DNA of 64,000 nucleotides from an uncultured Planctomycetota bacterium (GCA_963737655.1 CAVTTN010000002.1:1696001-1760000); one strand, 5' to 3'; positions 1 through 12,415 are shown, numbered from the stretch's first letter. Notes: generated by a model not told the origin, from the letters alone. A program made the numbers and translations.

Positions 1-207
1 GATCGAGTTCGAGCTCCGGTCGGCCGGGTTGGCGCTCGTCTTCACCAACGGCGTCGCGCCGGCCCAGGCCCCGGGGCGGCCGACGGATCCACGTCCCGGT
101 CGGGGGAGCGATGACCTTCGGGTCGGAGCCGCCGCCGGGCCCGCTGGACGACGGCCCCACCGACCGCCCGGCGATCCGCAGGAGGATCGACGGCGGCGAG
201 CTTCCTC

Positions 208-1434
208 CTAGTAGTCCGCCAATCTTAAAGTACCGGGTATAGTCGTCGGAGCTTGATCCGTGCCTCCACCGTCGTGAATTGCCACTGGATCTCGACGCCC
301 CGCTCGTTCCGCTCCTCTTCCCACGCCGCCACCTCCCGCTCCAGCTCCTCCCTGGTCTCGATCCGCCGGGCCAGGCACTGCCGGGCCAGTACCGACAGCT
401 CGATCTCCGCCATGTTCAGCCAACTACCGTGCTTCGGCGTGTGGTGGATCTCCAGCTTCTCGGCGATCCGCCTCGCCTGCTCGGGCGGGAACGCCTCGTA
501 CAGCGAGGCCAGCTTGTGCGTGTTCAGGTTGTCCATCACCAGGACCACCTTCTCGGCCTCCTCGTGTAAATCCTCGACCAGCCATCGGATCACCTCGGCG
601 AAGTCCACCGCCGTCCGGCGGTCGGTCACCTTCACCGCACGCCATCCCAGCAGCGGCTCGGAGATCATGAACAGGTTGGCCGTCCCGTTGCGGGTGTACT
701 CCTAGTCGAACCGCTCGGGCTGGCCAGGACCGGCCGGGATCGGCTCGATCACCTCGCCGATGAGCTGCTTGCTCGCCTCGTCGAGGCAGACCAGCGGCCG
801 CTTCTCGTCGTAGGGCCGATGGTAGACGTCGAGCACGTCCTCCATGGCACAGACGAACTCGGCGTTCGCCTCCGGCGGGATGCACCATTGCTCCTTGAGG
901 TGCGGCTTCAGCTCGTTTTTTTCAGAGCCAGCCGCACCGTCTCGTCGGAGATCGAGTCGACGACCTCCAGCTCGACGAGCTTGTCAGCCAGCAGTTGCAT
1001 GGTCCAGGCCGCCCGCCCCAGCGGCGGTGGCGAGCAGGCCAGGGCGATCAGGCGGGCCTCGGCCCGGCCGTCGAGCTTGATCTCCCGGGGCGGTCGCTCC
1101 CGCTGCTTGCGATCCAGGGCGGCGTCGAGGCCCAGCTCGACGAACCGCTGACGGACCCGCTCGACGGTGTCGGTGCTGACCTCCAGGGCGTCGGCGATCT
1201 GCCGGTCGGCCCAGGCGGGGCCGCCGTCGGCGGCATCGGCCTTGAGCAGGATCCGGGCATGGGCCAACTTGCGGGCGGCGGCCTGACCGGTGGCGATCAA
1301 GTCGTGGAGTTGCTGGCGTTCCTCGGCTTCGAGCGTCACCTGGTATCTCTTCACGGCAGGCCTCCTTTGGCGATAATTGCCTCAGGAGAATCGATGTAGA
1401 GATGATCCGCAACCCAAATTGGGCAGACTGCTCG
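208..1434 (-). mobile_element. IS630-family insertion sequence, degenerate copy
   Basis: Imperfect terminal IRs CTAGTAGTCCGCCAATCTT (208-226) and AAATTGGGCAGACTGCTCG (1416-1434) enclose a two-ORF IS630 transposase. Confidence 0.8.
225..1354 (-). pseudogene. IS630 transposase (HTH orfA + DDE orfB via -1 frameshift) with premature stop
   Basis: orf[18 protein letters not shown] with RBS AAAGGAGG; A7C slippery run at 915-922; orfB DNLNTH and TPKHGSWLNMAEIE motifs; in-frame TAG at 702-704 (FD*EYTR). Confidence 0.88.
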
Positions 1435-1455
1435 ACCCATGTGGTTGCCAGTCGA

Positions 1456-3294
1456 TTATCGGCTTGGTGGCGCGGCGAGGAGGGTCTTGATCTGGGCAGC
1501 GACCGCGGCATGGTCGCGGGGGTTGACGGACCCGACGACCTGGCCCGCCCGGTCGATCAGGAGCGTGGTGGGCCAGAGCTCGACCGAGTATCGCCGGGCC
1601 GACACCCCGCCGCCGATCCCGGAGTCGTTCGGCTTCAGGTCGGGCTCCGGATTGTCGAGCGCCACGCGGAACGGGAGGTCGCGGTCGTTCCAACTCGACC
1701 GGCGGACCGCCCCGAGCTTGACGTCGAAGGTCGCTCGCGACTGGATCGATTGGTCATGCAGGGCGACGATCGTCACCGGTTGACCGACGAACTCTTCGTG
1801 GATCTTGATCAGTTCGGGGAGCGCCCCCAGGCACGGCCCGCACCAGTATCCCCAGAAGTCGAGCACCACCACCCTCCCCCGAAAGTCGGCGAGCCGGACC
1901 GGGGCGCCGGTGTCGAGGTCCTTCGCGGCGATCTCCGGCGCGGGCTTGCCCGCCATCTGATCGTGGACCTGAGGTCTCAGCGTAAGCGCCGGGAGGATCA
2001 GCTCACCTTCACCAGGCGGGACATCCAGCCTGGTCGTGGTCTCCTCCAACACCCGCGCGGCTTCGGGGTCTTCCGATTTGATCACCATTTCATAGGAACC
2101 GGGCGGGAGGAAGGCCTCAATCCAGTCACCCGCCGGTTTGCCGCCGTCGCCCGCCTCGCGGAAGGCCGACCCGCTCGCCACGGGAATCGACGTTCCGGGC
2201 CCGATGGCGTCGGCCCTGAAGTTCAAGGTCCAACCAGTCTCCTGCTTGCCCGACGACGAGGTAACGACGTGCTCGACCGGAAACCGGACGTGTCGCGTGG
2301 GGCCAATTGTCACATCATATGACGTCCTGGGATTCCGTCGGTGAAGAACCACAAAAGCGACTTGGCGGAAAGCGGCGTCCGCGAAGCAGAGCGCTTGTGG
2401 GAACAGGCGAAGCTCGCCGGCCTTGGAGATCCCTCGCGCGAAGGCCCTCACCGGCAGGTCGAGCACGAATCGCCCATCAAGGTCGGTTGTGAGATCGGCG
2501 GTAGTTTTCGAGTAAGGGAGCAGGGTGAACCGACGCCGGGCCGCGGGATCGTCGGCCATGTCATCCGTCGCGATCAAGCGACCGATCCGGAGGCCGACCA
2601 CCGGTCGCCCGGCGGGATCGATCACTCGACCGCGAACCGGCTCGCGGATCGGCACGATGATCCGGGGTGGTTCGTCGGTTGTGCCCATCGCGGTGACGCT
2701 GGTCTGGACCGACCCAGGGCGCCAGGCGGTGATGACGTAAACTTTCCCCGGCGGGTTGGACACGCGGCAGAGCCCGTTCGCGTCGGTCCGGAGGTGTGCC
2801 CACTCCCTGATCCCCGACATCTGCTGGATGACCTCGCCATCCGTGACAGGTCGGTCCGCCGCGTCGACGAGTTGATACTCGGTCTCCCGCCACGCTTCGG
2901 CCCTCAGGCGGACGTCGCAGGTCAGTGGGCCCGCCCCGGGCGGGGTAGCCACGACACCCGACTCGGCTCGATACCCGGGAGCCAACACCTCGAAGCGCAG
3001 CGGGCCGGAGGCTCGCGCCGTGATCATTTCATCGCCGACGAGCGATTGCTGGACTGTGTCGACTAGTTCAATCCGATAACGACCGTCTGCATCGAGCGGG
3101 GTCGACCAAGCTTCGGGGGAGGGCTGGGCACGGCCATCGGGCCGGAAAAAGATCCGCCCCGCTTGCGGTACTTGCCCGTCACCCGCGACGCAGCGACCGG
3201 CGATGATTCGTCGGGTTCCCGACTGCGGCGGGTCATCGGCCCCCAGGTGGGGCAACATCGACCAGATGGCTAGGAGTAGCCAAGCACGCGGCAT
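1456..3294 (-). CDS. Secreted TlpA/redoxin-family protein with N-terminal beta-sandwich (carboxypeptidase-regulatory-like) domains
   Basis: Signal peptide; GRVIDPAGRPV-type motif; C-terminal GKPAPEI..LADFRGRVVVLDFWGYWCGPC..WPTTLLIDRAG thioredoxin fold. Confidence 0.85.
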   Translation of the reverse strand: MPRAWLLLAIWSMLPHLGADDPPQSGTRRIIAGRCVAGDGQVPQAGRIFFRPDGRAQPSPEAWSTPLDADGRYRIELVDTVQQSLVGDEMITARASGPLRFEVLAPGYRAESGVVATPPGAGPLTCDVRLRAEAWRETEYQLVDAADRPVTDGEVIQQMSGIREWAHLRTDANGLCRVSNPPGKVYVITAWRPGSVQTSVTAMGTTDEPPRIIVPIREPVRGRVIDPAGRPVVGLRIGRLIATDDMADDPAARRRFTLLPYSKTTADLTTDLDGRFVLDLPVRAFARGISKAGELRLFPQALCFADAAFRQVAFVVLHRRNPRTSYDVTIGPTRHVRFPVEHVVTSSSGKQETGWTLNFRADAIGPGTSIPVASGSAFREAGDGGKPAGDWIEAFLPPGSYEMVIKSEDPEAARVLEETTTRLDVPPGEGELILPALTLRPQVHDQMAGKPAPEIAAKDLDTGAPVRLADFRGRVVVLDFWGYWCGPCLGALPELIKIHEEFVGQPVTIVALHDQSIQSRATFDVKLGAVRRSSWNDRDLPFRVALDNPEPDLKPNDSGIGGGVSARRYSVELWPTTLLIDRAGQVVGSVNPRDHAAVAAQIKTLLAAPPSR

Positions 3295-3413
3295 GTGTCC
3301 ACCTCGAAGGCCCGAGCCAGGAAGTCTCGATCACCAAGAAGTGTACCAATCTTGGGATGCGAGATGCCACTTAAACCACAGAATTCTATCCGCAAAATAA
3401 GGTTGGTGGGCCA

Positions 3414-4604
3414 CTAGTGGTCTACCGCTGTAAAGGTTGTGGGTAGAGATGGGCGAGTTTCCGACGGGCGTCGGCCACACGGAAGCTCCACTCCAGCCTT
3501 ACCCCGAGCCGATTCCGCTCCGTCTGCCACGTATCGACCTCCCTCGTCACGGACTCCTTGTCGGGCAGGCGGCGGTCGAGGCACTGCCGGGAGAGCACCG
3601 ACAGCTCGCACTCCGCCATGTTCAGCCAGCTGGCGTGCTTGGGCGTGAAGTGGAACTCCAGGCGACGGGCCAGCCGCCACGCCTCATCCGGCGGATAGGT
3701 GGCGAAGAGCGACCCGAGCGCATGAGTGTTCAAGTTGTCCAGCACTACCCGGATCACGTCCGCCTCCGGATACAACTCGTCGCAGAGGTGGCGCATCTGG
3801 GCGGCGAAGTCGGGGATCGCCCGGCGGTCCGTCACCGTGACATGACGCCGGCCAGCCAGGGGCTCGACGATCACGAACAGGTTGGCCGTGCCATGGCGGG
3901 TGTATTCGTAATCCTGCTTGGCTGGCGAGCCCGGCCGAGGCGGGATCGGCTCGGCGACATCGCCCCGCAGCTCCTTGCTCGCCTCGTCGAAGCAGACCAC
4001 CGGCCGGGCCGAGTCGTGGGCCTCGGCATACAGCTCGAGCACGTCCTCCATGCGATGGATGAACTCCCCATCTACGCCCTTCGGCAGGCACCACGACTTC
4101 TTCTGCCACGGCTTGAGCTCGCTTTTTTTAGGACCCGCAGGATCGTGTCCTCGGAGACCGATTCGACAACCTGGAGCTCGACCAGGCGGTTGGCCAGCAT
4201 GCGTGCGGTCCAGGTGGCCCGCCCCTCAGGCACCGGGCTGCATGCCATGGCGATGACGATCGCCTCGGCCTTGCCGTCGAGGAGGGGCTTGGCCCCGGGG
4301 CGTGGCCTCTCGTGGATCGCGGCGCCGAGCCCGCCGGCGGCGAACCGACGCCGGACGTTGGCGACGGTCCCGAGGGAGACACCGACCCCCTCGACGATCT
4401 CCTCGTCGGTCTCGCCGGCATCGGTCCGGAGGAGGATCTGCGCCCGATTCCGCTGACGACGGGTCAGGGGACCGGCCTCCCACCGATCGAGCTCCATCCT
4501 CTGGTCATCTGTCAACTGAACCGCATGTCGCTTCGGCATGATCGGCCTCCTATGAGGCCATCTTACCGGAATGACCGTCAATCTCTACAGCGGGCAACCA
4601 CTAG
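3414..4604 (-). mobile_element. IS630-family insertion sequence, apparently intact
   Basis: IRs CTAGTGGTCTACCGCTGTAAAGGTTG (3414-3439) and CAATCTCTACAGCGGGCAACCACTAG (4579-4604); CTAG at both ends fits IS630 TA targeting. Confidence 0.9.
3422..4539 (-). CDS. IS630 transposase, programmed -1 frameshift
   Basis: orfA MPKRHAVQL (RBS GGAGG); A7G slippery site at 4122-4129; orfB CFDE, DNLNTH, TPKHASWLNMAECE. Confidence 0.9.
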
Positions 4605-4867
4605 TCCTCGCCGCCGTTATCGTGACCTCCAGCCCTCCGGTAGCGTCGCTCTGGAGAAATCCGCGGCTTGGCATCCGGTTCTGGATGGCCGTCGGGGACC
4701 TGGGCAGGGCGCTTGCGATGGCGTCCTTCGTCGGTTGCCTCGTGCTCGCCATCGCGTGTCTGCCACTCTCCGGGAGCAAGGCGGGGCGCATTGGTCTGTA
4801 CGCCTGGCTCAACGTCGCTACCCTGGTGCTCTCGATGTTCGTTCCAGCGGTCGCCGCGCGCTGGTAA
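4601..4867 (+). pseudogene. Possible 3' remnant of a small membrane protein gene cut by the IS630
   Basis: Hydrophobic open frame LVLAAVIV..VPAVAARW begins at the IS end. Confidence 0.3.
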
Positions 4868-4868
4868 A

Positions 4869-5050
4869 GCGGGGAAAGGGGACGTTCTTGCTCTGGAGAA
4901 AACCCCATGGAGAATGAGGAAACGAGTAGGTCCGACTTCAGTCGGGCCTACGAAAAAAAGGATTCCTGGAGGCCCGCCTGAAGTCGGACCTACTCCTATC
5001 GATCCTTCGTAGGGGTTTTCTCCAGAGCAAGAACGTCCCCTTTTCCCCGC
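4869..5050. repeat. Composite palindromic element (MITE/REPIN-like) with internal GTAG REP-A doublet
   Basis: Outer IR of about 38 bp (4869-4906 / 5012-5050); inner GTAGGTCCGACTTCAGTCGGGCCT (4926-4949) and inverted copy (4970-4993). Confidence 0.85.
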
Positions 5051-5091
5051 GCCAGACGGCTCTTCTGGCGTTACTTTGTCCCGATAGGCAA

Positions 5092-5678
5092 ATGAAACGA
5101 TCTATTGCGCTTTTCGTCATCGCCGCCTCGACCTTGCTTCCTTGCGGCATCGCCCAGGGGCCTTTCGGTCCCGGATCGGACTCGGATCGCGACTATTCGG
5201 CGCTCGAGGCGGCACTTGGAGATATTCTTTCCTTGGACGGTTCGCCACTTCGGCCCCCTGACCCAGCCAGGAGGCATCTCTTCTTCTCTCCGGAGGCCCT
5301 CAGCGGGCGCCCCAAGGTCGAATTCCTCCCCGACGATGCGGGGCGATGGGGCGAATTGACCCCGGCCCAACTCAAGCTCGCAACGGAGGCAGCCGAGGAC
5401 CTGGCGACGCGACCTCGGATCGACGATCCTTCAAGGGCTTTGAGCCGAAAAACGAGCGGATCACGATCAGGGGCAAGAATCGAAAGGTTGAAGGGCGCCC
5501 ATCCCGTCTGACTCAAGTCTTCGGCGCGCACCCGACCGGTTATTCTCCGAAACGGCGGCTTGCCGTCATTCGCTTGCACTTCACGTGGAGCAAACACAGT
5601 GGCGAGGGGACTTACGTCTTGGAGAAACAGCGTGGCGAGTGGATCGTTCTTGGACGAAGCTTCTCCTATTTTTTCTAG
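5092..5678 (+). CDS. Hypothetical secreted protein, frameshifted near 5430
   Basis: Signal peptide MKRSIALFVIAAS; protein-like C-terminus continues in the 5346-5678 frame (HSGEGTYVLEKQRGEWIVLGR). Confidence 0.6.
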
Positions 5679-5969
5679 GAGGTCCCGGGACAGAGGTTTG
5701 GGGAACCCGCCGCCTCCTTGTGGACCTTGCACCGGCCTGGGTCGTCGAAGATTGATGGCGTGTTCGAGTCGTTGAACGTTCGCGAATGAAGCCCCTGGCC
5801 CTTCGTTCGTCGGGGGTGAACTCCTTGCGGCCTCGACGCCGGCCCGGGGCTGGCGCCTGCCCTCCGTTTTCACTCGACATGAACATGACCATGCACGTCG
5901 ATGGCGGCGGGGTGACGATGGGCGACGAGGAGCGAGGCGCGGCGGGCCGAAATCTCCCGGGATTTTCGG

Positions 5970-5999
5970 TTGACCTGGGCCGGAGCGCGTCCTTATGAT
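5970..5999 (+). promoter_or_regulatory. Sigma70-like promoter of the leu leader/leuA
   Basis: TTGACC-N18-TATGAT. Confidence 0.6.
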
Positions 6000-6048
6000 G
6001 ACGATCGCCTCGCACGAGTCGAAATCTCCGGGCTCCTCGGACCCGACC

Positions 6049-6126
6049 ATGCCCCTCGATCCCCGAATCCTCCCGGGCCTCCGACTTTTCCTGGCCCTCG
6101 GCCTTCCCGGCCGATGGAGGTCCTAG
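6049..6126 (+). CDS. Leucine-rich leader peptide (25 aa)
   Basis: MPLDPRILPGLRLFLALGLPGRWRS*; 7 Leu codons; directly upstream of attenuator hairpins and leuA. Confidence 0.7.
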   Translation: MPLDPRILPGLRLFLALGLPGRWRS

Positions 6127-6163
6127 GGTTCGTCTTTCTCCGAGCGCCTCGCGCGAGACTCAC

Positions 6164-6205
6164 GAAGCCCCGAGACCCCCTTCCGGCGGATCTCGGGGCT
6201 TCTTT
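6164..6205 (+). terminator. Attenuator terminator upstream of leuA
   Basis: Stem GAAGCCCCGAGA / TCTCGGGGCTTC followed by a short T run; alternative pairing of GGGTTCGT (6126-6133) with ACGAAGCCC. Confidence 0.7.
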
Positions 6206-6266
6206 CGTCTCGACCCCAAGCCCTCCGCCGGTCCTCTCCTTTTCCGACAAGGATTGAAGGCGAATC

Positions 6267-7838
<1,572 letters not shown>

Positions 7839-7842
7839 TGTC

Positions 7843-8139
7843 TTGGGAGAGATCCTCAAGAGGCTCGGGACGTCCCGGGAATCGGCGGCACGCCTGGGGC
7901 GAAAGGCGGAGGAAGCCGAGGCGGCCCTGGGAATCCACGGCGTTTCCGTGACGGCCGGAGCGGCGATCGGACCGGCCTCCGAGGCATCCAGGGACGAGGT
8001 CGAGAAGAGCTTCCCGATCCACGAGACCCCCTCCCGGGCCGATCCGCTCCACCGGACGATCGAATTGCCGAGACCGATGACTCAGGAGGCCGCCGATCTG
8101 TTCAACGAACTCTTTGGTCGGGGAGGGCCATCGCGATGA
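7843..8139 (+). CDS. Hypothetical protein, possible orphan toxin C-terminal domain (start uncertain)
   Basis: Protein-like ORF (GIHGVSVT..DPLHRTIELPRP); ATGA overlap with the next gene. Confidence 0.5.
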   Translation: MGEILKRLGTSRESAARLGRKAEEAEAALGIHGVSVTAGAAIGPASEASRDEVEKSFPIHETPSRADPLHRTIELPRPMTQEAADLFNELFGRGGPSR

Positions 8140-8618
8140 AGGACGAGAACGCGAACGGCGAGGCCGGGCCCGGGAGGGCCTTCGATCGGGTCATCGCCCT
8201 GGATTGGTACGACGGCCCGCGTTCCGGGCTGGCGTCTCGTTCGGGTTCGGAGTATCGATTCGACCTGCTCGATGAGACGACCGACGATCCCTCGGGGCGA
8301 GACGTGCGGATCTTCTCCCTGTCTCCGCTCCCGCCGGGTTCCATCGATCGGTTCGCGGCGGCCGTGTCTCGGTTCGACGAGCCTCGCCTGCCGGTCTGGG
8401 TCCCCTCCTGGCTCTTCCCCGCCGAGGCCGATCGGGCGGCGATGGATGCGATGGCCGACGAGATCCTCCGCTCGGCCGGGCCCCCGGTCCAGGCCGTCGC
8501 CTCGACCGACTTCGATCGAGAGTCCCTCGCCGCGATCGATCTCTCGGGCATCGACCCGGCCTCGGTCGAGGACTGGTTCGTCCTTCTCGGGATCGAGCGC
8601 GTTCATGTCGGTTCCTGA
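8136..8618 (+). CDS. Hypothetical acidic protein, possible immunity-like
   Basis: 160 aa, WYDGP motif, translationally coupled to the upstream ORF. Confidence 0.65.
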   Translation: MKDENANGEAGPGRAFDRVIALDWYDGPRSGLASRSGSEYRFDLLDETTDDPSGRDVRIFSLSPLPPGSIDRFAAAVSRFDEPRLPVWVPSWLFPAEADRAAMDAMADEILRSAGPPVQAVASTDFDRESLAAIDLSGIDPASVEDWFVLLGIERVHVGS

Positions 8619-9537
8619 GCGAGACGCGCGGGAGGTCCGCCCGCGTGACCGGCGTCGCCTGAGCCGATGGCTTCGGGTCGCGGCGGTCGTGGTCGTGGCC
8701 TGGCTCGTGGCTTCGTGGGCGGTCGCGTATCGCTTGACGCGCCGCCCTCGGTCCGTGTTCGCCGAGGCGGTCCCTGCGGTCGCCTGGGCGGAGTTCGAGG
8801 GGCTCCGGCTCTCGACCCGTGATGGGGAAGAGGTCGGCGGTTGGTATTCACCCGGGAAGGCCGGGACGGCGGCGGTCCTCCTGCTTCATGGCAATGGCGG
8901 GAGTCGGTGGAATTGCCTGAGGAGGGCGGAAGTCCTGGCGAAACGCGGTCATCCGGTCCTGATGATCTCGCTCCGGGCCCACGGCGATTCCTCGGGCGAT
9001 TATCACGACATCGGCTACGGGGCGCGTCATGACGTGGTGGCCGCCGTCGAGTTCCTCGAACGGCGGAGGCCCGGGTCGCCGATCGTTGTCGTGGGGACGT
9101 CGATGGGCGGGGCCTCGGCGTTGTTCGCGGCGGGGGAGCTGGGCCGGAGGGTCCGCGGTTACGTCCTGGAGAGCCCGTATCGCGACCTGAGAACGGCGGT
9201 CTGGAACCGCGTGAATAACGCCCTGCCGATCGGGCTGGACTGGGTCGCCTATCGAGGGCTGATCGCCGTTTCGCCGCTGGTCCTGCCTCACCTGGACCGG
9301 ATCGCCCCGGTCGATGCGATCAAGGGCGTCCCGGACGACGTGCCGATCCTGATCCTCGCCGGAGACGCGGACCGGAAGGCGCGCCCCGACGAGGCCCGCG
9401 ACCTGTTCGATCGCGCCCGGTCTCATGCCGAGCTGACGATCTTCGCCGGGGCGGGGCACCTGGGGATGATGGAGACGGACCCGGAGCGGTACTGGAAGGC
9501 CGTCTTCGGCCTGATCGCTCGGGCGGCGACGCAATGA
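8605..9537 (+). CDS. Alpha/beta hydrolase with N-terminal membrane anchor
   Basis: LLHGNG, GTSMGG nucleophile elbow, AGDAD, GAGH. Confidence 0.9.
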   Translation: MSVPERDAREVRPRDRRRLSRWLRVAAVVVVAWLVASWAVAYRLTRRPRSVFAEAVPAVAWAEFEGLRLSTRDGEEVGGWYSPGKAGTAAVLLLHGNGGSRWNCLRRAEVLAKRGHPVLMISLRAHGDSSGDYHDIGYGARHDVVAAVEFLERRRPGSPIVVVGTSMGGASALFAAGELGRRVRGYVLESPYRDLRTAVWNRVNNALPIGLDWVAYRGLIAVSPLVLPHLDRIAPVDAIKGVPDDVPILILAGDADRKARPDEARDLFDRARSHAELTIFAGAGHLGMMETDPERYWKAVFGLIARAATQ

Positions 9538-9582
9538 GGCCGGGAGATGGCTCCCCCGGCCTCGGTCGAGCTCGACCTCATC

Positions 9583-11107
9583 TCACTTCGGCTTCCGGCC
9601 CTCCCCCTCCCGGGGATTGGCGTGGGGCGGTCGGTTCTCGAGGTGCTGATTGGGGTGGAACTCGGGCGTGGGGACGTGCCGGAGGGACTCGGCGCTCCGG
9701 CCCGGCGGGCGGATTTCTCGGTTGACTTCGGGGTGGCGCGGGGCCTCCGGCGCCGCGACGCGGTTGGGGCCTTCGCGGCGGGCGGCGATGATCGGCGACC
9801 GGGCCATCTCGGCTCGCCTGGGTTCGGTCAGGGCCGCTCGGTTGCCCTGGAGGCCCTGGGCCTCTCGCTTCAGCCTCTCGTCGCGGAACTGGTTGAACTG
9901 GGTCGCCTGGCGGGCGAGTTCCTGCCGACGGTTCTGCTCGACCCTCTGGAGCCTCAGCGCAGTTCTCTCCGGCGTTGTTCCCGCCGTTGAAGGCGTTCAG
10001 GCGACGGGCCAGGACCATGTTCGACGCCGCCAGGGCCGCCGGGGCGTTGTTCCCGGCGGGCCGGGCCGCGAGGTTCCTCATCGCCGCGAACGTCCGGGGG
10101 GGCCGGGCTTCGGGATGATCGCGTCGGTAGGTGTAGACCTGATGGAGGTTCTGCGCCCAGTTCGGGTTGTTGATGTTCCTGGCCGCGTTATAGGCGTAGA
10201 TCGGGTCATACCCGTACCGGCTGTTGTGGAAGGCGTAGAACGGGTAGATCCCCGAGCCGAAGTTGTTCGCGCCGTAGTAGTCGCCAAAATAGTACGACCC
10301 GTAGTTGGGCCTCACGAACAGGCTGGAGAGCAACGCCGAGCCGAGGAGGGCCGTCGTCGGCGAGTACTGGAAGCCGGGCTGGTTGTAGATCGGCTGGTTG
10401 AACGCGACCGGGGCGAACGGCAGCCCTCGGTTGGCCAGCGGATAATCCCAGAACCCCTGATTGTAAAGATAGCCGTTGGGGGTCCAGGAATAGGAGGCGG
10501 GGGTCCACATCCAGTTCTGCTGGGGCTGGACCCAGAACCCGGGCCTCCAGAGGTACTGGCCGTCCTGCCAGACCCACAGGCCGGGCGACCACGTCGCGTT
10601 GGGCGTCGGCGCCGCGGAGGTCGGGCCGTTCTCCTGGCTGGGCGGAGGCTCGGGGAGGTACTGGAGCTGCTGGGCCCCTTCGGCGGAGGCCCAGTAGCCC
10701 GGCACCCACTGATAGCCGTTCTGGGCCTGGGCATAGTAGCCGGGCACCCACTGGCGGCCCGGGGGGATGTCTCGCCAGACCCCGGGGATCCAGATGTAAT
10801 GGCTCGTGGAGTCGTCCCACGACCAGTACCCCGGAATCCACTGGACGTCCGCCCCCTCGGGCCTCTGGTCGGGCGGGATTTCGTGGATCGCCGCCGGGGG
10901 GGCCTGGGGGATCACGGGCCCGCCCCTCGGGTCATACAACACGGGCTCGGCGAACGCCTCGTGGATCGGCCCCTGGGTGAGGACCTCCGCCCCCTCGGGC
11001 TCTTCCAGGGCCGGGCCTTGATAGGCCCGGGCCGGGGCCGCGCCGAAGGTGATCCCGCCCAGGACGGCCAGCGAGCCCGCCGCCGTCCACCATCTCCGTC
11101 GATTCAT
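9583..11107 (-). CDS. Secreted WxxGxW (YXWGXW)-repeat protein, frameshift near 9960
   Basis: Signal peptide; GPIHEAFA motif; repeated WIPGYW/WVPGYW/WRPGFW; plausible C-terminus in the 9583-9807 frame. Confidence 0.85.
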
Positions 11108-11230
11108 GAGATCTCGCTCCCTGCCGAGGTCCGCCGCGAAGGGCCATCCCGGAGGCCGCCTCGCCGGCCCTCGGGTCCATCAGCCCGATTCGCAAATCCT
11201 GGGCCTCGGACGAGCCGGAGCGGCAGGGCC

Positions 11231-12043
11231 TCACCGACCGGCCTGGCCCCAGGCCGCCTGATCGACGATCCACGTCGTCTTCGAGGCCACGGTCTGGAGC
11301 AGGGATGCGGGGACATCCGCCGAGATCGGGCCGTCCACGGCCCTGGCGACGGCCTCGGCCTTGGACCGGCCGAAGGCGAGGATCAGGATCTCCCGGGCCG
11401 CGAGGATCGTGGCGACTCCCATCGTCAACGCATGCTTCGGCACGAGCTCGGGGTCGCCGCCGAAGTCCCGGGAGGCGTCCTCGGTGGTGATCGGGTGGAG
11501 GGGGACGAGGCGGGTCCTCAGCGACAGGGCGGCCTCGACGGGCAAATCGCTCGGCTCGTTGAACCCGATGTGCCCGTTCCGGCCGATCCCGAGGAGCTGG
11601 AGGTCGAGCCCGCCGTCGGCGGCGATCCACCGCTCGAACTCGGCGCAATGGTCGGCCACGGCGAACTCGGGCACGGTGCCATCGAGGACGTGCGACCGGT
11701 TCGGGGGCAAATCCACGTGGCTGAACAGGTGCCGATGCATGAAGGTCCGGTAGCTGTTGGGGTCTCGGGGGCTGATCGGGTAATATTCGTCGAGGTTATA
11801 GGTCGTCACGCCATTGAACTTCAAGTCGCCGTCGCGATGGCGGGCGACCAGCCGGGCATAGACCGGGATCGGCGTCGATCCGGTGGCCAATCCCAAAACG
11901 GCCTTCCCCCGGCGGGCCCCGGCGGAGTCCACGGCCGACCGGATGAGGTCCGAGGCGGCCCGGGAGGCGGCATCGAGGTCCCCCTCGGCGAAGATCAGGA
12001 CGGAACCGGCCCGGGTCATCCGGGAGGCGAGCGGAGCGGGCAT
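11231..12043 (-). CDS. nagB: Glucosamine-6-phosphate deaminase
   Basis: GLATGSTP, NLDEYY, LLGIGRNGHIGFNEP, ALTMG. Confidence 0.92.
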   Translation of the reverse strand: MPAPLASRMTRAGSVLIFAEGDLDAASRAASDLIRSAVDSAGARRGKAVLGLATGSTPIPVYARLVARHRDGDLKFNGVTTYNLDEYYPISPRDPNSYRTFMHRHLFSHVDLPPNRSHVLDGTVPEFAVADHCAEFERWIAADGGLDLQLLGIGRNGHIGFNEPSDLPVEAALSLRTRLVPLHPITTEDASRDFGGDPELVPKHALTMGVATILAAREILILAFGRSKAEAVARAVDGPISADVPASLLQTVASKTTWIVDQAAWGQAGR

Positions 12044-12415
12044 GGCGACGAAATCCCCGGCGGAAGAAGGCTCGGACCCGGACTGTACCCGGTCCCCCGA
12101 GACCGACGCAACGCCGGGGCGAATCCGCTAGGGGCGGGAGGCCATCGTGCCGCATCGGCCGGTCGTTCGACGGCTCGCCCTCTCGAGTGTGGTCCGCCGA
12201 GGGCCGGCGGACAAGGGACGTGCCGGATGCTCCGGCCTCGGAGGGCTTCGGATTGGCCCGGCCCGGGAGGCCCGGAGATCGTCTCGCCGGCGCGCCGTCT
12301 GGCAATCCGCGTCCCCTCGGGCTTACACTGAGGGCGGGGGACCGGGCGCGTTCCCCTCGTGGATGGATGAGACGAGTCCCGGGCGCCCCGGGTTCTGGCG
12401 AGGGATCGATCGACG

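Noticed and set aside
1..211. Partial CDS ending at the IS boundary
   Set aside because: Too short and featureless to support a call
702..704. Amber readthrough or pyrrolysine in the transposase
   Set aside because: A single Tyr-to-TAG change in an element with a decayed end is more simply a nonsense mutation; TAG is used as a normal stop elsewhere
208..4604. Composite transposon carrying the TlpA gene
   Set aside because: The two IS630 elements are divergent with different IRs, and one is inactivated
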